Below are positions 39,873-49,896 of a DNA stretch of 64,000 nt, one piece after another. Source of the DNA: a virus; IMG/VR virus record IMGVR_UViG_3300009184_000044, positions 4,394 through 68,393 of that record; one strand, given 5' to 3'. Position 1 is the first letter of the stretch; each line of letters opens with the position of its first letter. The position numbers and the translations under genes are program-made. Below the pieces are notes generated by a model that worked only from the letters and a program-made list of their open reading frames with translations, made no database searches and was not told where the DNA came from.

Positions 39873-40708
39873 TGTAGTTTTGCCTTTGCGTAATTATATA
39901 TTTCTAAGTCTAATGCGTTATTAGCGTATATAAGGTCGATGTCGGCCTGTGTGAGCAAGGCTTTTAGGGACTGAGTTGTGTAGGTAGTACCGTCTAAGTC
40001 GGTATAGCTACTAAAATTTACATACGGAGCGTCTGTTTTTGCCATTATTTCTGCGTTTATATCCAAATACTCTTGCTTGATATCTACTTTATGATTGTCA
40101 AGAATCCACTGAAAAACTTTATCCATAAATTCACTATGTTTTTCAGTAATGCCTAGTATGGTTATTTTATCTACAGTGCTTTTAGCAATTTCTAGAGATG
40201 TAGAATCTTCAAGAAACCAGTCTTTATAGTAATCTTTATACATTTCTGCCCTATTAAGTTCTATTAAGGAACCGTCTTCTCTATAGACAGACACATTATT
40301 TATTCTAAAAGAGTCGTCGTCTATTTGACTAGATAAAAATCTAGTAACTAAATTATTTTTTGAATAGTCAGAATCTTCTAATAAGTAATAACACATTTTT
40401 TCATAGATTGAATTTAAATTTTTATACGGTTCTTTTTCTTGAAGTTCATTATTCATAAGTAGCCAAATAAAATTACTTACTACCCTGTCTAAGGGCTCTC
40501 TAATTAGGCAAGCACTTTCTATCTCTGGATATTCTGTAAGTGGTTTAATACCAAAATGACCATGAATGTAGGCAAACTTTTTGTAGTCATATATGCCGAA
40601 TGGTGAGTATGGGTATGAAAGAATGTTCTTAAGATTAAGTAATCTAGCAATTGTTCTTACTGCTAATCCGCCAGTTTTGGGTATATGTAGCATGTAAAGT
40701 GTTTTCAT
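39869..40708 (-). CDS. sulfotransferase (Sulfotransfer_2-like)
   Basis: PAPS-binding motifs LHIPKTGG (5'-PSB) and LIREPLDRVVS (3'-PB); C-terminal N.LD.EIY..AK. Confidence 0.8.
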   Translation of the reverse strand: MKTLYMLHIPKTGGLAVRTIARLLNLKNILSYPYSPFGIYDYKKFAYIHGHFGIKPLTEYPEIESACLIREPLDRVVSNFIWLLMNNELQEKEPYKNLNSIYEKMCYYLLEDSDYSKNNLVTRFLSSQIDDDSFRINNVSVYREDGSLIELNRAEMYKDYYKDWFLEDSTSLEIAKSTVDKITILGITEKHSEFMDKVFQWILDNHKVDIKQEYLDINAEIMAKTDAPYVNFSSYTDLDGTTYTTQSLKALLTQADIDLIYANNALDLEIYNYAKAKLQ

Positions 40709-40716
40709 ATTGACTC

Positions 40717-41958
40717 CTAAGTAAATATGTAGTATGAATCAAGAACTGTAGATGTGCTAGTTTGAGTGAAAGTATTAGTAGACCATCCCGCTATAGTTCC
40801 AGCAGTAGGGGAATTTCCATATCCGGATGTTGTTGTAGCAAATGGACTAATGGATGTAGTAGCAGTTGAGGTAGTAGTGTAAGAAACTAATGAAGTTGTC
40901 ACTGCTGTTCCACTTGTTGTAACTGGACCCCAAACAACTCCATCTGTCTTAAGTTTTGCTGCTGCAGATATAGAACCGATGTTTACTAAAATATCTCCAT
41001 CTGATGTAAGTCTTAGGTTTGAGGCAATTGTTGAGTACACTGAACCAGCAGAAATGCTTCTAGCCCAGTTGAGGGTTCCATCTGAGTTTAGTTTTACTAT
41101 AGGGCTAATATTTGTACTGCTAACTGAACCAGATAAAAAGTAAACATTTCCAGAAGCATCTATATCGAGTAAAGCACTTGCACTCCACTTAGTGTAGTTT
41201 CCTCCTGTGGGGACACTTTTTCTCCAAGTAGCAGTGAGACTGGAGTTAAATTTATACACATATTGACTAGAAACTCCATAAATATTTCCAGAAGCATCCC
41301 ACTTAAGTGTTTCATGGGCCCAATTATATACTGCAAGTTTTGTTAAAGTTGGACTAAGTTTAAAGGTACCTGATATATTATAAACCCATACATTTCCGGA
41401 TGGGTCTACTCCTGAAATTCTGTATATCGCATACCCAAGATAGGTGCTGTACGCCATGGAACCATCAGATTTATTTAGAGTAACTACATAGCCGTCATCT
41501 GTGTCTTTTGAAAATGCTGCTTCGTGATTAATTGCTGTTACTAATTGAGTGCTATTTAAAATTAAAATTGGTAGTGGACCATTTTGATTAGCATAAGTTG
41601 TTGCTTTTTTAGACCAAACAACGCTACCATCGCTGAGACTAAGTGCTGTAACTACTGGCATAGCAGATGAATTTATAGTTGAAATGTATATATTTGAAGA
41701 ATCTATTGCAAAATATGCGCCTAAACCTGACAACCCTCCATGGGTTTTTGCCCACTGGAAAACTCCATCTTTAGAATATTTATATAGATATCCGCTATTT
41801 GAAACATAGACATTTCCAGAAGAATCGCTAATAATATCTCTAGCAGCAAAAGTATTACCATTTGCTTCTACTGACCTTGGAAAAACAAAATATTTATTGA
41901 CAATACCTACAACAGCACTTTTAAGGCTGCCAATCAATCCAGCAACTGCACCAGACAT
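40717..41958 (-). CDS. beta-propeller repeat virion/adhesion protein
   Basis: Repeated DSSGNVY / DASGNIY / DG...W motifs; the MSGAVAGLIGS N-terminus is typical of fibre-associated proteins. Confidence 0.65.
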   Translation of the reverse strand: MSGAVAGLIGSLKSAVVGIVNKYFVFPRSVEANGNTFAARDIISDSSGNVYVSNSGYLYKYSKDGVFQWAKTHGGLSGLGAYFAIDSSNIYISTINSSAMPVVTALSLSDGSVVWSKKATTYANQNGPLPILILNSTQLVTAINHEAAFSKDTDDGYVVTLNKSDGSMAYSTYLGYAIYRISGVDPSGNVWVYNISGTFKLSPTLTKLAVYNWAHETLKWDASGNIYGVSSQYVYKFNSSLTATWRKSVPTGGNYTKWSASALLDIDASGNVYFLSGSVSSTNISPIVKLNSDGTLNWARSISAGSVYSTIASNLRLTSDGDILVNIGSISAAAKLKTDGVVWGPVTTSGTAVTTSLVSYTTTSTATTSISPFATTTSGYGNSPTAGTIAGWSTNTFTQTSTSTVLDSYYIFT

Positions 41959-43058
41959 TATGTAAGACCGTTACCGCTAATAATCCAAGAAGTAGAAGTA
42001 ATTTTTACTGCGGTAGCCATACCGTAAGCAGCTAAAGTTCTAGTCCCTGTAGTTCCAGGACCTGCTAGGTACATAGTATCAGTCGTAATTGCAATGCTGA
42101 CAGATACGGTTGCTAAATTTATAAACGTAATTGTTGTACCAATTTGGTAACCAACGCTACCATTTGCAGGAATAGTTATTGTTTGAGAAGCAGTGGTTCC
42201 AGAGAAATAAATATGCTTGCCGGCATCTGATGCTACAAGTGTATAAGATGCAGTTTTAGCATTCTGTGGCATACCCATAAATCCAGCAGTAGTTGCTGAT
42301 GTTGTAGCTACAGCATCTGCTGGAGTAATAGTAGGGGTTGTACCAAATACTAGGGCACCAGAGCCAGTATCATCTGAGATAACAATTGCCAGTTGAGCTG
42401 AAGTTGTAGAAGCAAACTGGCCTAGACCGGTTCCTGTTAAGCCTAGACCTGTGGTCGGGTGGACGTGGTCTGCTCGTGCAGCCGTAGTTGCTGTACCAAC
42501 TGCTGCAGTTCCGGATGCAGAAGGAGTTGTTGAACTTAGTCCAGTAATGCTATTGAATGAGGTTCCGCTTATTATTCCTGCAGAAAAAGCTCCCGATGCA
42601 TCTCTGGAAACAATTGTTGATGCTGTATTTATATCTGTAGCGTTAGTTGCAATAGAGATAGTGTCGGTGCTTGCTGTACCCGTAATACTTATTCCAGTAC
42701 CGGCAGTGAATGTTAAAGTGTCGGTTGTTGATGAGGCTATAGGGTTAGTTCCGGAAGGGACGGAAATGGTACTAAAAGAGTTTGATGCAGAACCGCCACC
42801 AACTAAGCTAGTTCCTACAGATGCAGCACCACTAGTGATGTCAATATAGTATCCACGATTTGTATTTCCAGTTTCAAAAATACGAAGTTGATTTCTAAAA
42901 ACGTCAATTGTTACGCCAGTAGTTAGAGTTGTATTGGTTATTGCTTTAGCGAGGTCAATCTGACCGCCCTCATCACCGACTGAATTAGTTGATTTCAGGA
43001 AGCCAGTGGTAGAGATATCGCCATCAGCGGTTATACCAGTTCTAAAAAATCTAGCCAT
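41958..43058 (-). CDS. fibre-like virion protein
   Basis: ASTIVSRDASGAFSAG, ARADHVHP, SYTLVASDAGKHI and C-terminal WIISGNGLT fibre modules. Confidence 0.75.
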   Translation of the reverse strand: MARFFRTGITADGDISTTGFLKSTNSVGDEGGQIDLAKAITNTTLTTGVTIDVFRNQLRIFETGNTNRGYYIDITSGAASVGTSLVGGGSASNSFSTISVPSGTNPIASSTTDTLTFTAGTGISITGTASTDTISIATNATDINTASTIVSRDASGAFSAGIISGTSFNSITGLSSTTPSASGTAAVGTATTAARADHVHPTTGLGLTGTGLGQFASTTSAQLAIVISDDTGSGALVFGTTPTITPADAVATTSATTAGFMGMPQNAKTASYTLVASDAGKHIYFSGTTASQTITIPANGSVGYQIGTTITFINLATVSVSIAITTDTMYLAGPGTTGTRTLAAYGMATAVKITSTSWIISGNGLT

Positions 43059-43067
43059 AGACTAATC

Positions 43068-46000
43068 CTAGCCGATAATTACGTATCGATATCCAGTTAG
43101 TGATATGCCGGTAGGGGAGAATGTAGTAATTCCGCTTGCTGTTGTAACATCAACTTCAACTTGAACGCCTCCTGAGTCGAATAGCTGAGCAACTACACCA
43201 TTAGTAAACCCGTGGTTTACGGTAACTGCTGTGCCGGAAGTGACTGTAGTAAAGGTACCTGTTACTTTACGAGCAATAGTAGGAGTTACTGCAGCAGCAT
43301 AAGTGGTGACTGTTGTATCAGCGCTTACAGGAAGGTCGGAGTAAGCAGCTTGGCTGATTGCAGTACCGTTACCTTTTAGGAGACCCGTTACGCTAGTAGT
43401 AAGTGTAAGTGCTGGTGTTGCACCTCCGCTAGAGCTACCTGTAAAGCCATTAGCAGAGACAACTGATACAGCAGTTACTGTTCCTGTTCCGTAAGCAACA
43501 GTATCTGTAGAAAGGGTTCCATCAGTGGCAATCTTTACAAATCCAGCAGTAGGTCCAGCAGCAACAACGGTAGGAAGTTTAACTGTTCCAGTTATAGTAG
43601 TTGTAACACTAGATTGACCAATAGAAATTGCAGCAGGTGCTGCGTAAGCGTTAGAAGTTCCAGCAGCATTTCTAGTACCGATTAAGATGCTTCCAGCAGT
43701 CGAGCTAGTTCCAGTTGCATAACCAACATCTACAAGTACGTTACCTGATGTTGCAGCAACACCTGTACCTGTTGCAATACCTGTACCTATAATTACGTTT
43801 GCAGTTACTGCAGTGGCACCGGATGTGACGTTTATACTTCTAAATGTTGCGGTAGCTGTGTCTATTGTCAGCTGTGAACCGCTAATTGTTACACCAGCAG
43901 TGTTTGCTGTTCCAATAGAGATTGTACCTTTAGTGGAACCATTTCCAGCATTAATTGTAACGTTTCCACCGGTACCGGCTGTAATGTTAGCATCACCAGC
44001 GGTAATAGCTACGTTACCACCTGTTGTTGCAAGAGTACCCACGGTTGCAGTACCAGCAAGAATATTAACGTTACCAGCGGTAGCGGTTGAGCCAGCTCCA
44101 GTAGCGCTACCACCTCTAACGTTTACTGTTCCACCGGTACCTGTTGTTGTTGAAGTTGTGTTACCTGCGTTGACGTTAACGGAGAATCCGTTACCGCTTA
44201 CAGCTGCTGCTGAGACAGTAAGAGTACCTCCTGATGCAACAAACATATTTGTGTTGGATGTGGTGCTAACAGTTGGAGCAGAAAGAATGGTTGTAGTAAG
44301 AGTTCCCGTACTTGGTAGATAACTTAGTGGCAAAGTTACAGCGTTTAGAAGTAAGTTTTTTGAACCTGTACCGCTAGTAGTAAACACAGGGTAGTATGTA
44401 GTGGCGGCGGTAGTTTCAGTAGCGGTGACGGTAGTTGAGTTACCAGCGTTAGTTGCGTTGGTAACAGTGCTTGCACCAATTGCAGTTGCAATTTCTGCAC
44501 CTGTAGCAATAGCTAGAGTTCCGTTAGTAGAACTTGTTTTTAGTAGACCATCGGTAGCAAAGGCAGCAGCACCAAGTTTTACAGTTCCATTAATTGTTGT
44601 GGTTGGTGTTCCAGCATTAGTACCAATTATGATGGTTGTTGTGCTACCTGTAGCACCAGCGGTACCAATGTTTATTGCCTTGGTACCTGAAGACATAGCA
44701 CCAGTACCAATATTTATTGCACCAGTTGTGAAAGCAGTTCCTGTAGCTATGTTCACATTTCCAGTGGTTAATGCAGAAGCTACGTTTAAATCACCTGTTG
44801 TGCTGTTATTAAAAAAGTTAAGACTTTGATTAACAGCCGACATATTCAAGTTGAAGTTGTTGCTACCAAGAATTATTGCACCAGTTGGAAGTAGCTGAGT
44901 AGCGTATAAATATCCGCTGTAATTAAGTCTTGTAGTACCGGATGGTGCTGTGGTTGAACCATCAAATTGACCAGTGGTTGGTGTTGTGCCGTTATAGACT
45001 ACAAATGATGAAGAAGCTGAACCTGCTGTTACACCAACGCTTCCAGGTAATGTTCCAGAGGAAACGTTAGATGCGTTTAGAGATGTAAGAGTTGCACCGG
45101 AACCAACAAAACTGGTTGCAGTAAGAGCACCAGTAGAAGCAACATAGCTAATTGCGTTAGCGTTAGAGTTTTGAGCTAGAGCCTTGAATCCAGTTGTAAC
45201 GCTTGGAGACATTACAAGATAGTAAGTTCCTGAGACGGTTTCAGTTACGTTTGCGTTATTAGTGTTTGTAACGGCGTTAGTGCTAATAAGAGTTGTAACA
45301 TCTGTACCAGATGCAGCAGTAAAAGCACCTGTACCGTTACCCTTAAGGATTCCTGTTAGGGTGCTAGCTCCTGTACCACCGTTAGCAACAGGTAATACTC
45401 CACCAGTTGTTCCAGCGAACTGAGCCCAAGTGATATTGTCGGTACCAATTTTAATGGCGTTGGTTGGGGTAGTAGCAGTACCTGTGGAGTTCATTGCCCA
45501 TGTGCTACCACCGTTTACAGTTCCAGATGTGACATAAGCTAGGTCTCCTGGGAATACTTCACCAGCAACGCTGTTGTCGAAGTCAGTTGCACGGGTAAGT
45601 GTAACGTTTGCTCCAGGAGTTCCAGTTACTGTATAGATACCGTTTTGCTTTTGGTCAGTCTGGTTTTTTAAAAGAACTCGGTTAGCTGCAGCTAAAGTTA
45701 CACCATCAATTTGAGCGGTTGTAAATACAAATGTTGCACCTTGACCCGTACCTTGTGAGGCATCAGAAGTACCGGCTGTGTAGGTACCTGTAATAGCTGC
45801 AGTAGATGCAACTAGAACAGCAGCGTGTACGTTGAATCCTGCTTGAGAGTTTGCAATAGATGTATCTACATAGGTAGTTGTTGCAAGGGTACCTGTTGCT
45901 GCAGGAAGAGTGAGTGTTCCTGAAGCAGTAGTATTTGCTACTAATGTGGTACTTCCACTAGTTCCTTGGAATACTGCTCCAGTGCTTTGAATAGTAGGAG

Positions 46001-46574
46001 AGGTAAAAGTTTTGTTAGTTAGTGTCTGGGAACCAGTTAGGGTTGCCACGGTTGAGTCAATTGCAATAGTTACAGCTGCGGAACCTGTGTATGGACTGGA
46101 GCCTGTGCTAGCTTGAAGGCCTGTTCCGATAGTTAGTCCGAAAGGGTTTGCAGCAGAGATAGTTATGTTTGAGGCACCTGTAAAGCCAACCCCATTTATA
46201 TTTGCTCCAGGAGAAAGAGCAGCGGCTGTGGTAGCAGATGTGGCAGTATCTGCGTTACCTTGAAGAGCACCAACAAAAAGTGTTGATGTGATTGAGGTCA
46301 TACCTGCAAGGGTAGTTACAGCACCAGAAGAGTTCCCAATTGTGTACTGAGTTGTACCTACATATAATGAACTACCGCCTGTAGCAACAGTCTGCCAAGC
46401 TGAACCGTTATAGACTCTTAGGGTGTTTGCAGTTGAGTCAAACTGTAGTCGTCCACCTACTAGGTTGGCAGCACCAGTGATAGCGTCTATTGAGCTGCCC
46501 GATAGTCTACCTACAACAAAGTTTTGTAGTTCATTGACATTTAGGTTAATTGGGGTAAGAAAATTACGAGCCAT
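43068..46574 (-). CDS. long fibre-like virion protein
   Basis: 1168 aa, Thr/Gly-rich; INGVGFTG, TLTNKT, RVLLKNQT.QKQNGIY..TRATDFD and GGNV.I.AG repeats. Confidence 0.8.
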   Translation of the reverse strand: MARNFLTPINLNVNELQNFVVGRLSGSSIDAITGAANLVGGRLQFDSTANTLRVYNGSAWQTVATGGSSLYVGTTQYTIGNSSGAVTTLAGMTSITSTLFVGALQGNADTATSATTAAALSPGANINGVGFTGASNITISAANPFGLTIGTGLQASTGSSPYTGSAAVTIAIDSTVATLTGSQTLTNKTFTSPTIQSTGAVFQGTSGSTTLVANTTASGTLTLPAATGTLATTTYVDTSIANSQAGFNVHAAVLVASTAAITGTYTAGTSDASQGTGQGATFVFTTAQIDGVTLAAANRVLLKNQTDQKQNGIYTVTGTPGANVTLTRATDFDNSVAGEVFPGDLAYVTSGTVNGGSTWAMNSTGTATTPTNAIKIGTDNITWAQFAGTTGGVLPVANGGTGASTLTGILKGNGTGAFTAASGTDVTTLISTNAVTNTNNANVTETVSGTYYLVMSPSVTTGFKALAQNSNANAISYVASTGALTATSFVGSGATLTSLNASNVSSGTLPGSVGVTAGSASSSFVVYNGTTPTTGQFDGSTTAPSGTTRLNYSGYLYATQLLPTGAIILGSNNFNLNMSAVNQSLNFFNNSTTGDLNVASALTTGNVNIATGTAFTTGAINIGTGAMSSGTKAINIGTAGATGSTTTIIIGTNAGTPTTTINGTVKLGAAAFATDGLLKTSSTNGTLAIATGAEIATAIGASTVTNATNAGNSTTVTATETTAATTYYPVFTTSGTGSKNLLLNAVTLPLSYLPSTGTLTTTILSAPTVSTTSNTNMFVASGGTLTVSAAAVSGNGFSVNVNAGNTTSTTTGTGGTVNVRGGSATGAGSTATAGNVNILAGTATVGTLATTGGNVAITAGDANITAGTGGNVTINAGNGSTKGTISIGTANTAGVTISGSQLTIDTATATFRSINVTSGATAVTANVIIGTGIATGTGVAATSGNVLVDVGYATGTSSTAGSILIGTRNAAGTSNAYAAPAAISIGQSSVTTTITGTVKLPTVVAAGPTAGFVKIATDGTLSTDTVAYGTGTVTAVSVVSANGFTGSSSGGATPALTLTTSVTGLLKGNGTAISQAAYSDLPVSADTTVTTYAAAVTPTIARKVTGTFTTVTSGTAVTVNHGFTNGVVAQLFDSGGVQVEVDVTTASGITTFSPTGISLTGYRYVIIG

Positions 46575-46582
46575 TTAGGTTC

Positions 46583-47032
46583 CTAAGATAGGTAAGCAAA
46601 ACCGGTAAAAGCTTCGCTAAAGGTTACGGTAAGGGAGTCATTATCGATATATTTAATGGTACCTTCTACGGTAAAGTCTGCAGTATCTGTTGTTGTGATG
46701 CTTGGTTTGTAGCCCAAATTGTGAGTTATATTCCATGTATATGATACCGCATTTTGAGTATGCTTATAAAAGACGGGTTGCGTCTCTCCGGGTATTCCTT
46801 GAGGGCCTTGCGGTCCTGTAGGTCCGGTTGGGCCTGTGCTTCCGGCTGAGCCGGTTGGTCCGGTTGGGCCTGTGCTTCCGGCTGAGCCGGTTGGTCCGGT
46901 TGGGCCTGGAATTCCTTGAGGACCACCCTGAGAGACCTCGACGTGAGTAATCTGCTCTTGAACAATAATCTTGTTCTGGTCTTGTTTATCAACAATAATT
47001 CTTAGGGGTTGGTCATCGCTATCTAGTGGCAC
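46583..47032 (-). CDS. collagen-like (Gly-X-Y) virion protein
   Basis: [21 protein letters not shown]... run followed by the W.I.HNLGY.P domain. Confidence 0.8.
   Translation of the reverse strand: MPLDSDDQPLRIIVDKQDQNKIIVQEQITHVEVSQGGPQGIPGPTGPTGSAGSTGPTGPTGSAGSTGPTGPTGPQGPQGIPGETQPVFYKHTQNAVSYTWNITHNLGYKPSITTTDTADFTVEGTIKYIDNDSLTVTFSEAFTGFAYLS
46821..46908. repeat. perfect 36-bp tandem repeat (2 copies plus a 16-bp partial) in the collagen region
   Basis: ggtccggttgggcctgtgcttccggctgagccggtt at 46821 and 46857, partial copy at 46893. Confidence 0.9.
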
Positions 47033-47403
47033 TATCGAGTCACCTCAGCTTTTACAACAAAATTTCCTTCTACAAGTCGGGTCACTTCACCACCTGCAGA
47101 TACCAGCTCTAAGTCATAAACATATTGACCTGGAGTTAGACCAGCAGTTGTCGCAGCAGATAATATAAGAGTTACCTGACCTTTAGTTTCCGCGGTAGTT
47201 CCAAGAGTAATTTTACCATTGACTGTGGTAAGGTCTATAATTGTAGAAGTAGAAGTTACACTTGAACGAACTTGCATACGAGCTGTATATCCATTTAGGT
47301 CGATGGCTTTTTTGGCAGAGTCAGTCCAAGTCAAGGTACGACGAAATGTGGCACCCTGATTACACAGGAAGTTGTGAAGTCCGGCTGGCCCGCAGCAGCT
47401 CAT
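47032..47403 (-). CDS. BppU-like / fibre-anchoring virion protein
   Basis: [20 protein letters not shown] and YVYDLEL...[15 protein letters not shown] motifs. Confidence 0.7.
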   Translation of the reverse strand: MSCCGPAGLHNFLCNQGATFRRTLTWTDSAKKAIDLNGYTARMQVRSSVTSTSTIIDLTTVNGKITLGTTAETKGQVTLILSAATTAGLTPGQYVYDLELVSAGGEVTRLVEGNFVVKAEVTR

Positions 47404-47439
47404 AATGCCTCATTTCGGAATAAAGATGTAGTCTCCTAT

Positions 47440-47445
47440 ATTTTA
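47440..47445 (-). promoter_or_regulatory. candidate -10 box (TAAAAT) for the 47403-38950 operon
   Basis: TANNNT hexamer about 37 nt upstream of the first gene, in a divergent intergenic region. Confidence 0.4.
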
Positions 47446-47563
47446 CAACAGTTTTGAGATACTAAGACTGGCTTAGGGTGTAGTATGCTTACATACGGCT
47501 ACAAATCCTAAAAATGTTTTTGAAATGCTACGGCCAATTATTGGTGAAGAAAGGTGATAAACC

Positions 47564-47791
47564 ATGTCTCAGGCTGAAGTTCTAGATAGAACTGATACAA
47601 ACGACTCAGATTCAGATGACCATTACGCTCATTATGCAAATGCTGCTAAGGTTACCGAGGGGTATATTATGGGAACTCCAGTAATAGCCCTATGCGGAAT
47701 AGAGTTTATACCCTCTAGAGACCCTGAAAAACTAAGGATTTGCCCGATTTGCAAAAAAATTGTAGAGGCACTATTCTTGAATCACGAGTAA
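47564..47791 (+). CDS. DUF3039 family protein (actinobacterial host-like)
   Basis: HYAHY....VTEG.IMGTPVIALCG..FIPSRDPEK..ICPICKKI matches the DUF3039 pattern. Confidence 0.85.
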   Translation: MSQAEVLDRTDTNDSDSDDHYAHYANAAKVTEGYIMGTPVIALCGIEFIPSRDPEKLRICPICKKIVEALFLNHE

Positions 47792-47862
47792 TACTCGCCT
47801 CTTAGGAGTCGAGGTATACTAGTATTCCTATCAATCACTCCCACCAAAGGCGGTATATCCCC

Positions 47863-49896
47863 ATGTTTTCATTCAAGTTAAATGAAGAGTTCGTAGCGGA
47901 GTATAAGCAAAAAGAATCACCTTTTGGTTACAAAGATGCCGCTGGCAACTCTGTAGGCGAAATAACTTTCTTACGCACATACTCCCGTAAAAAAGAAGAT
48001 GGCACCAAGGAAACTTGGTCAGAAGTTTGTGAGCGTGTTACTAATGGTACATATTCAATCCAGAAAGACCACGCTAAGCAGAACCGTCTGCCATGGTCAG
48101 ATGCTAAGGCTGCTGCCTCGGCTAAAGAATTTTTTGACTCTTTATTCCGTCTCAAGTGGTCTCCTCCAGGTCGTGGTCTTTGGGTCATGGGAACTAACAT
48201 TGTAAACGTTCAGAAGAACTCGGCTGCTTTGCAGAACTGTGCTTTTGTGTCTACTTTGGAAATGACCAAAGCAAACCCGGGTAAGCCTTTTGCATTCCTA
48301 ATGGAAGCCTCGATGCTGGGTGTGGGTGTGGGCTTTGATGACAAGGGTGCTGATAAGAACTTTGAAATTTATACTCCTGGAGATGTCCAGACTTATGTTA
48401 TTCCTGACACTCGTGAGGGTTGGCAGGAGAGCACTGTTGCTCTAATTAACTCATTCCTAAAAGCAGACCAAGCAAGCCTAGAATTTGATTACAGTGAAAT
48501 TCGTCTATACGGTGCACCTATTGCTACTTTTGGTGGAACTGCGTCTGGACCAGACCCTTTGATTGCTCTACACAACAAAATTCGTGAAATTTTTAATGGT
48601 CGTGCGGGTGAGCTTTTGACTACTATTGATATTGCAGATATTGGTAACCTAATTGGTCGTTGTGTTGTATCTGGAAACGTTCGTCGTTCAGCTGAGCTAC
48701 TAATTGGTCGCATTGACGATGACAACTTCCTAAATCTAAAAAACGCTGAAAAGTTCCCTGAGCGTAACTCTTACGACTCCGAGAACCCGGGTTGGGGTTG
48801 GATGTCAAACAACTCAGTAATGGTAAATGTTGGTACTGACTTCTCAAAAATTATTGATGGAATTATCCTTAACGGTGAGCCGGGTGTTATTTGGGAAGAT
48901 GTGTCTAAGGCTTATGGTCGTCTAGGCGACCCAATAAACAACAAGGACCACCGAATCATGGGCTACAACCCTTGTGCAGAGCAGAGCCTTGAAAGCTACG
49001 AAATGTGTACTCTTGTTGAGACTTATCTAAACCGCCACGAAAGTAAGGAAGACTACCTTCGCACTTTGAAGTTTGCCTACCTATATGCTAAGACTGTAAC
49101 TCTTCTACCTACTCACTGGGAAGAAACTAATGCTATCATGCAGAGGAACCGCCGTATCGGAACCTCGATGTCTGGTATTGCCAACTTTGCTGACCGCAAG
49201 GGTCTTCCAGAACTTCGTACTTGGATGGACGAGGGCTATGCGGTCGTTAAGAAATATGATGTTACTTACTCTGAGTGGTTAGGTATTCGTGAGTCAATCA
49301 AGACTACAACTGTAAAACCATCAGGTACTGTATCTATCTTGGCTGGAGAATCTCCGGGCGTTCACTGGACTCCAGGTGGTAAGTTCTTCAACCGTGCAAT
49401 TCGTTTTGGTAATGATGACCCTATGTTGACGTTGTTCAAGATGGCTAACTACACTGTTGAGCCTGATGTATCTAACCCTGACCACACAACTGTTGTTTAT
49501 TTCCCAATCAAGTCATTGGCAGAGCGTGCAGAACGAGACGTAACTATTTTTGAGAAGATGGCACTTGCTGCAACTGCTCAGCGTTATTGGTCAGATAACT
49601 CTGTGTCTGTAACTATCTCGTTTGACCCTGAGACAGAAGCTAAGCACGTTGAGTCTGTACTTCATATGTATGATGGTCAGCTAAAAACTGTATCGTTCTT
49701 GCCTTCAGGTAATATGACTTACCCTCAGATGCCTTATACGCAAATTACTGAAGAAGAATATGAAGCGTCAGTGTCAAAACTATTCCCTATCTCTCTTGAT
49801 GGTATCTATCAAGGTCTTGGTGTTGATGCTATTGGCGAAAGTTATTGCGTAACAGATGCATGTGAAATCAAGTTGATTGTAGAAAACCAGAAGTAA
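47863..49896 (+). CDS. nrdJ: class II (adenosylcobalamin-dependent) ribonucleotide reductase, monomeric type
   Basis: RTYSR, PPGRGLW, GNVRRSAE, NPCAEQ and TTVKPSGTVS, with a C-terminal CVTDAC. No small subunit nearby. Confidence 0.92.
   Translation: MFSFKLNEEFVAEYKQKESPFGYKDAAGNSVGEITFLRTYSRKKEDGTKETWSEVCERVTNGTYSIQKDHAKQNRLPWSDAKAAASAKEFFDSLFRLKWSPPGRGLWVMGTNIVNVQKNSAALQNCAFVSTLEMTKANPGKPFAFLMEASMLGVGVGFDDKGADKNFEIYTPGDVQTYVIPDTREGWQESTVALINSFLKADQASLEFDYSEIRLYGAPIATFGGTASGPDPLIALHNKIREIFNGRAGELLTTIDIADIGNLIGRCVVSGNVRRSAELLIGRIDDDNFLNLKNAEKFPERNSYDSENPGWGWMSNNSVMVNVGTDFSKIIDGIILNGEPGVIWEDVSKAYGRLGDPINNKDHRIMGYNPCAEQSLESYEMCTLVETYLNRHESKEDYLRTLKFAYLYAKTVTLLPTHWEETNAIMQRNRRIGTSMSGIANFADRKGLPELRTWMDEGYAVVKKYDVTYSEWLGIRESIKTTTVKPSGTVSILAGESPGVHWTPGGKFFNRAIRFGNDDPMLTLFKMANYTVEPDVSNPDHTTVVYFPIKSLAERAERDVTIFEKMALAATAQRYWSDNSVSVTISFDPETEAKHVESVLHMYDGQLKTVSFLPSGNMTYPQMPYTQITEEEYEASVSKLFPISLDGIYQGLGVDAIGESYCVTDACEIKLIVENQK

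Noticed and set aside
42451-44829. Long antisense ORFs (42451..42849, 43813..44322, 44401..44829)
   Set aside because: They are shadows of Thr/Gly/Ala-rich fibre genes on the minus strand.
21510-45690. Invertible fibre cassette driven by the serine recombinase (fibre genes on opposite strands)
   Set aside because: The shared KNQT..QNGIY module is similar only at protein level, with many synonymous differences. I saw no exact inverted repeat.
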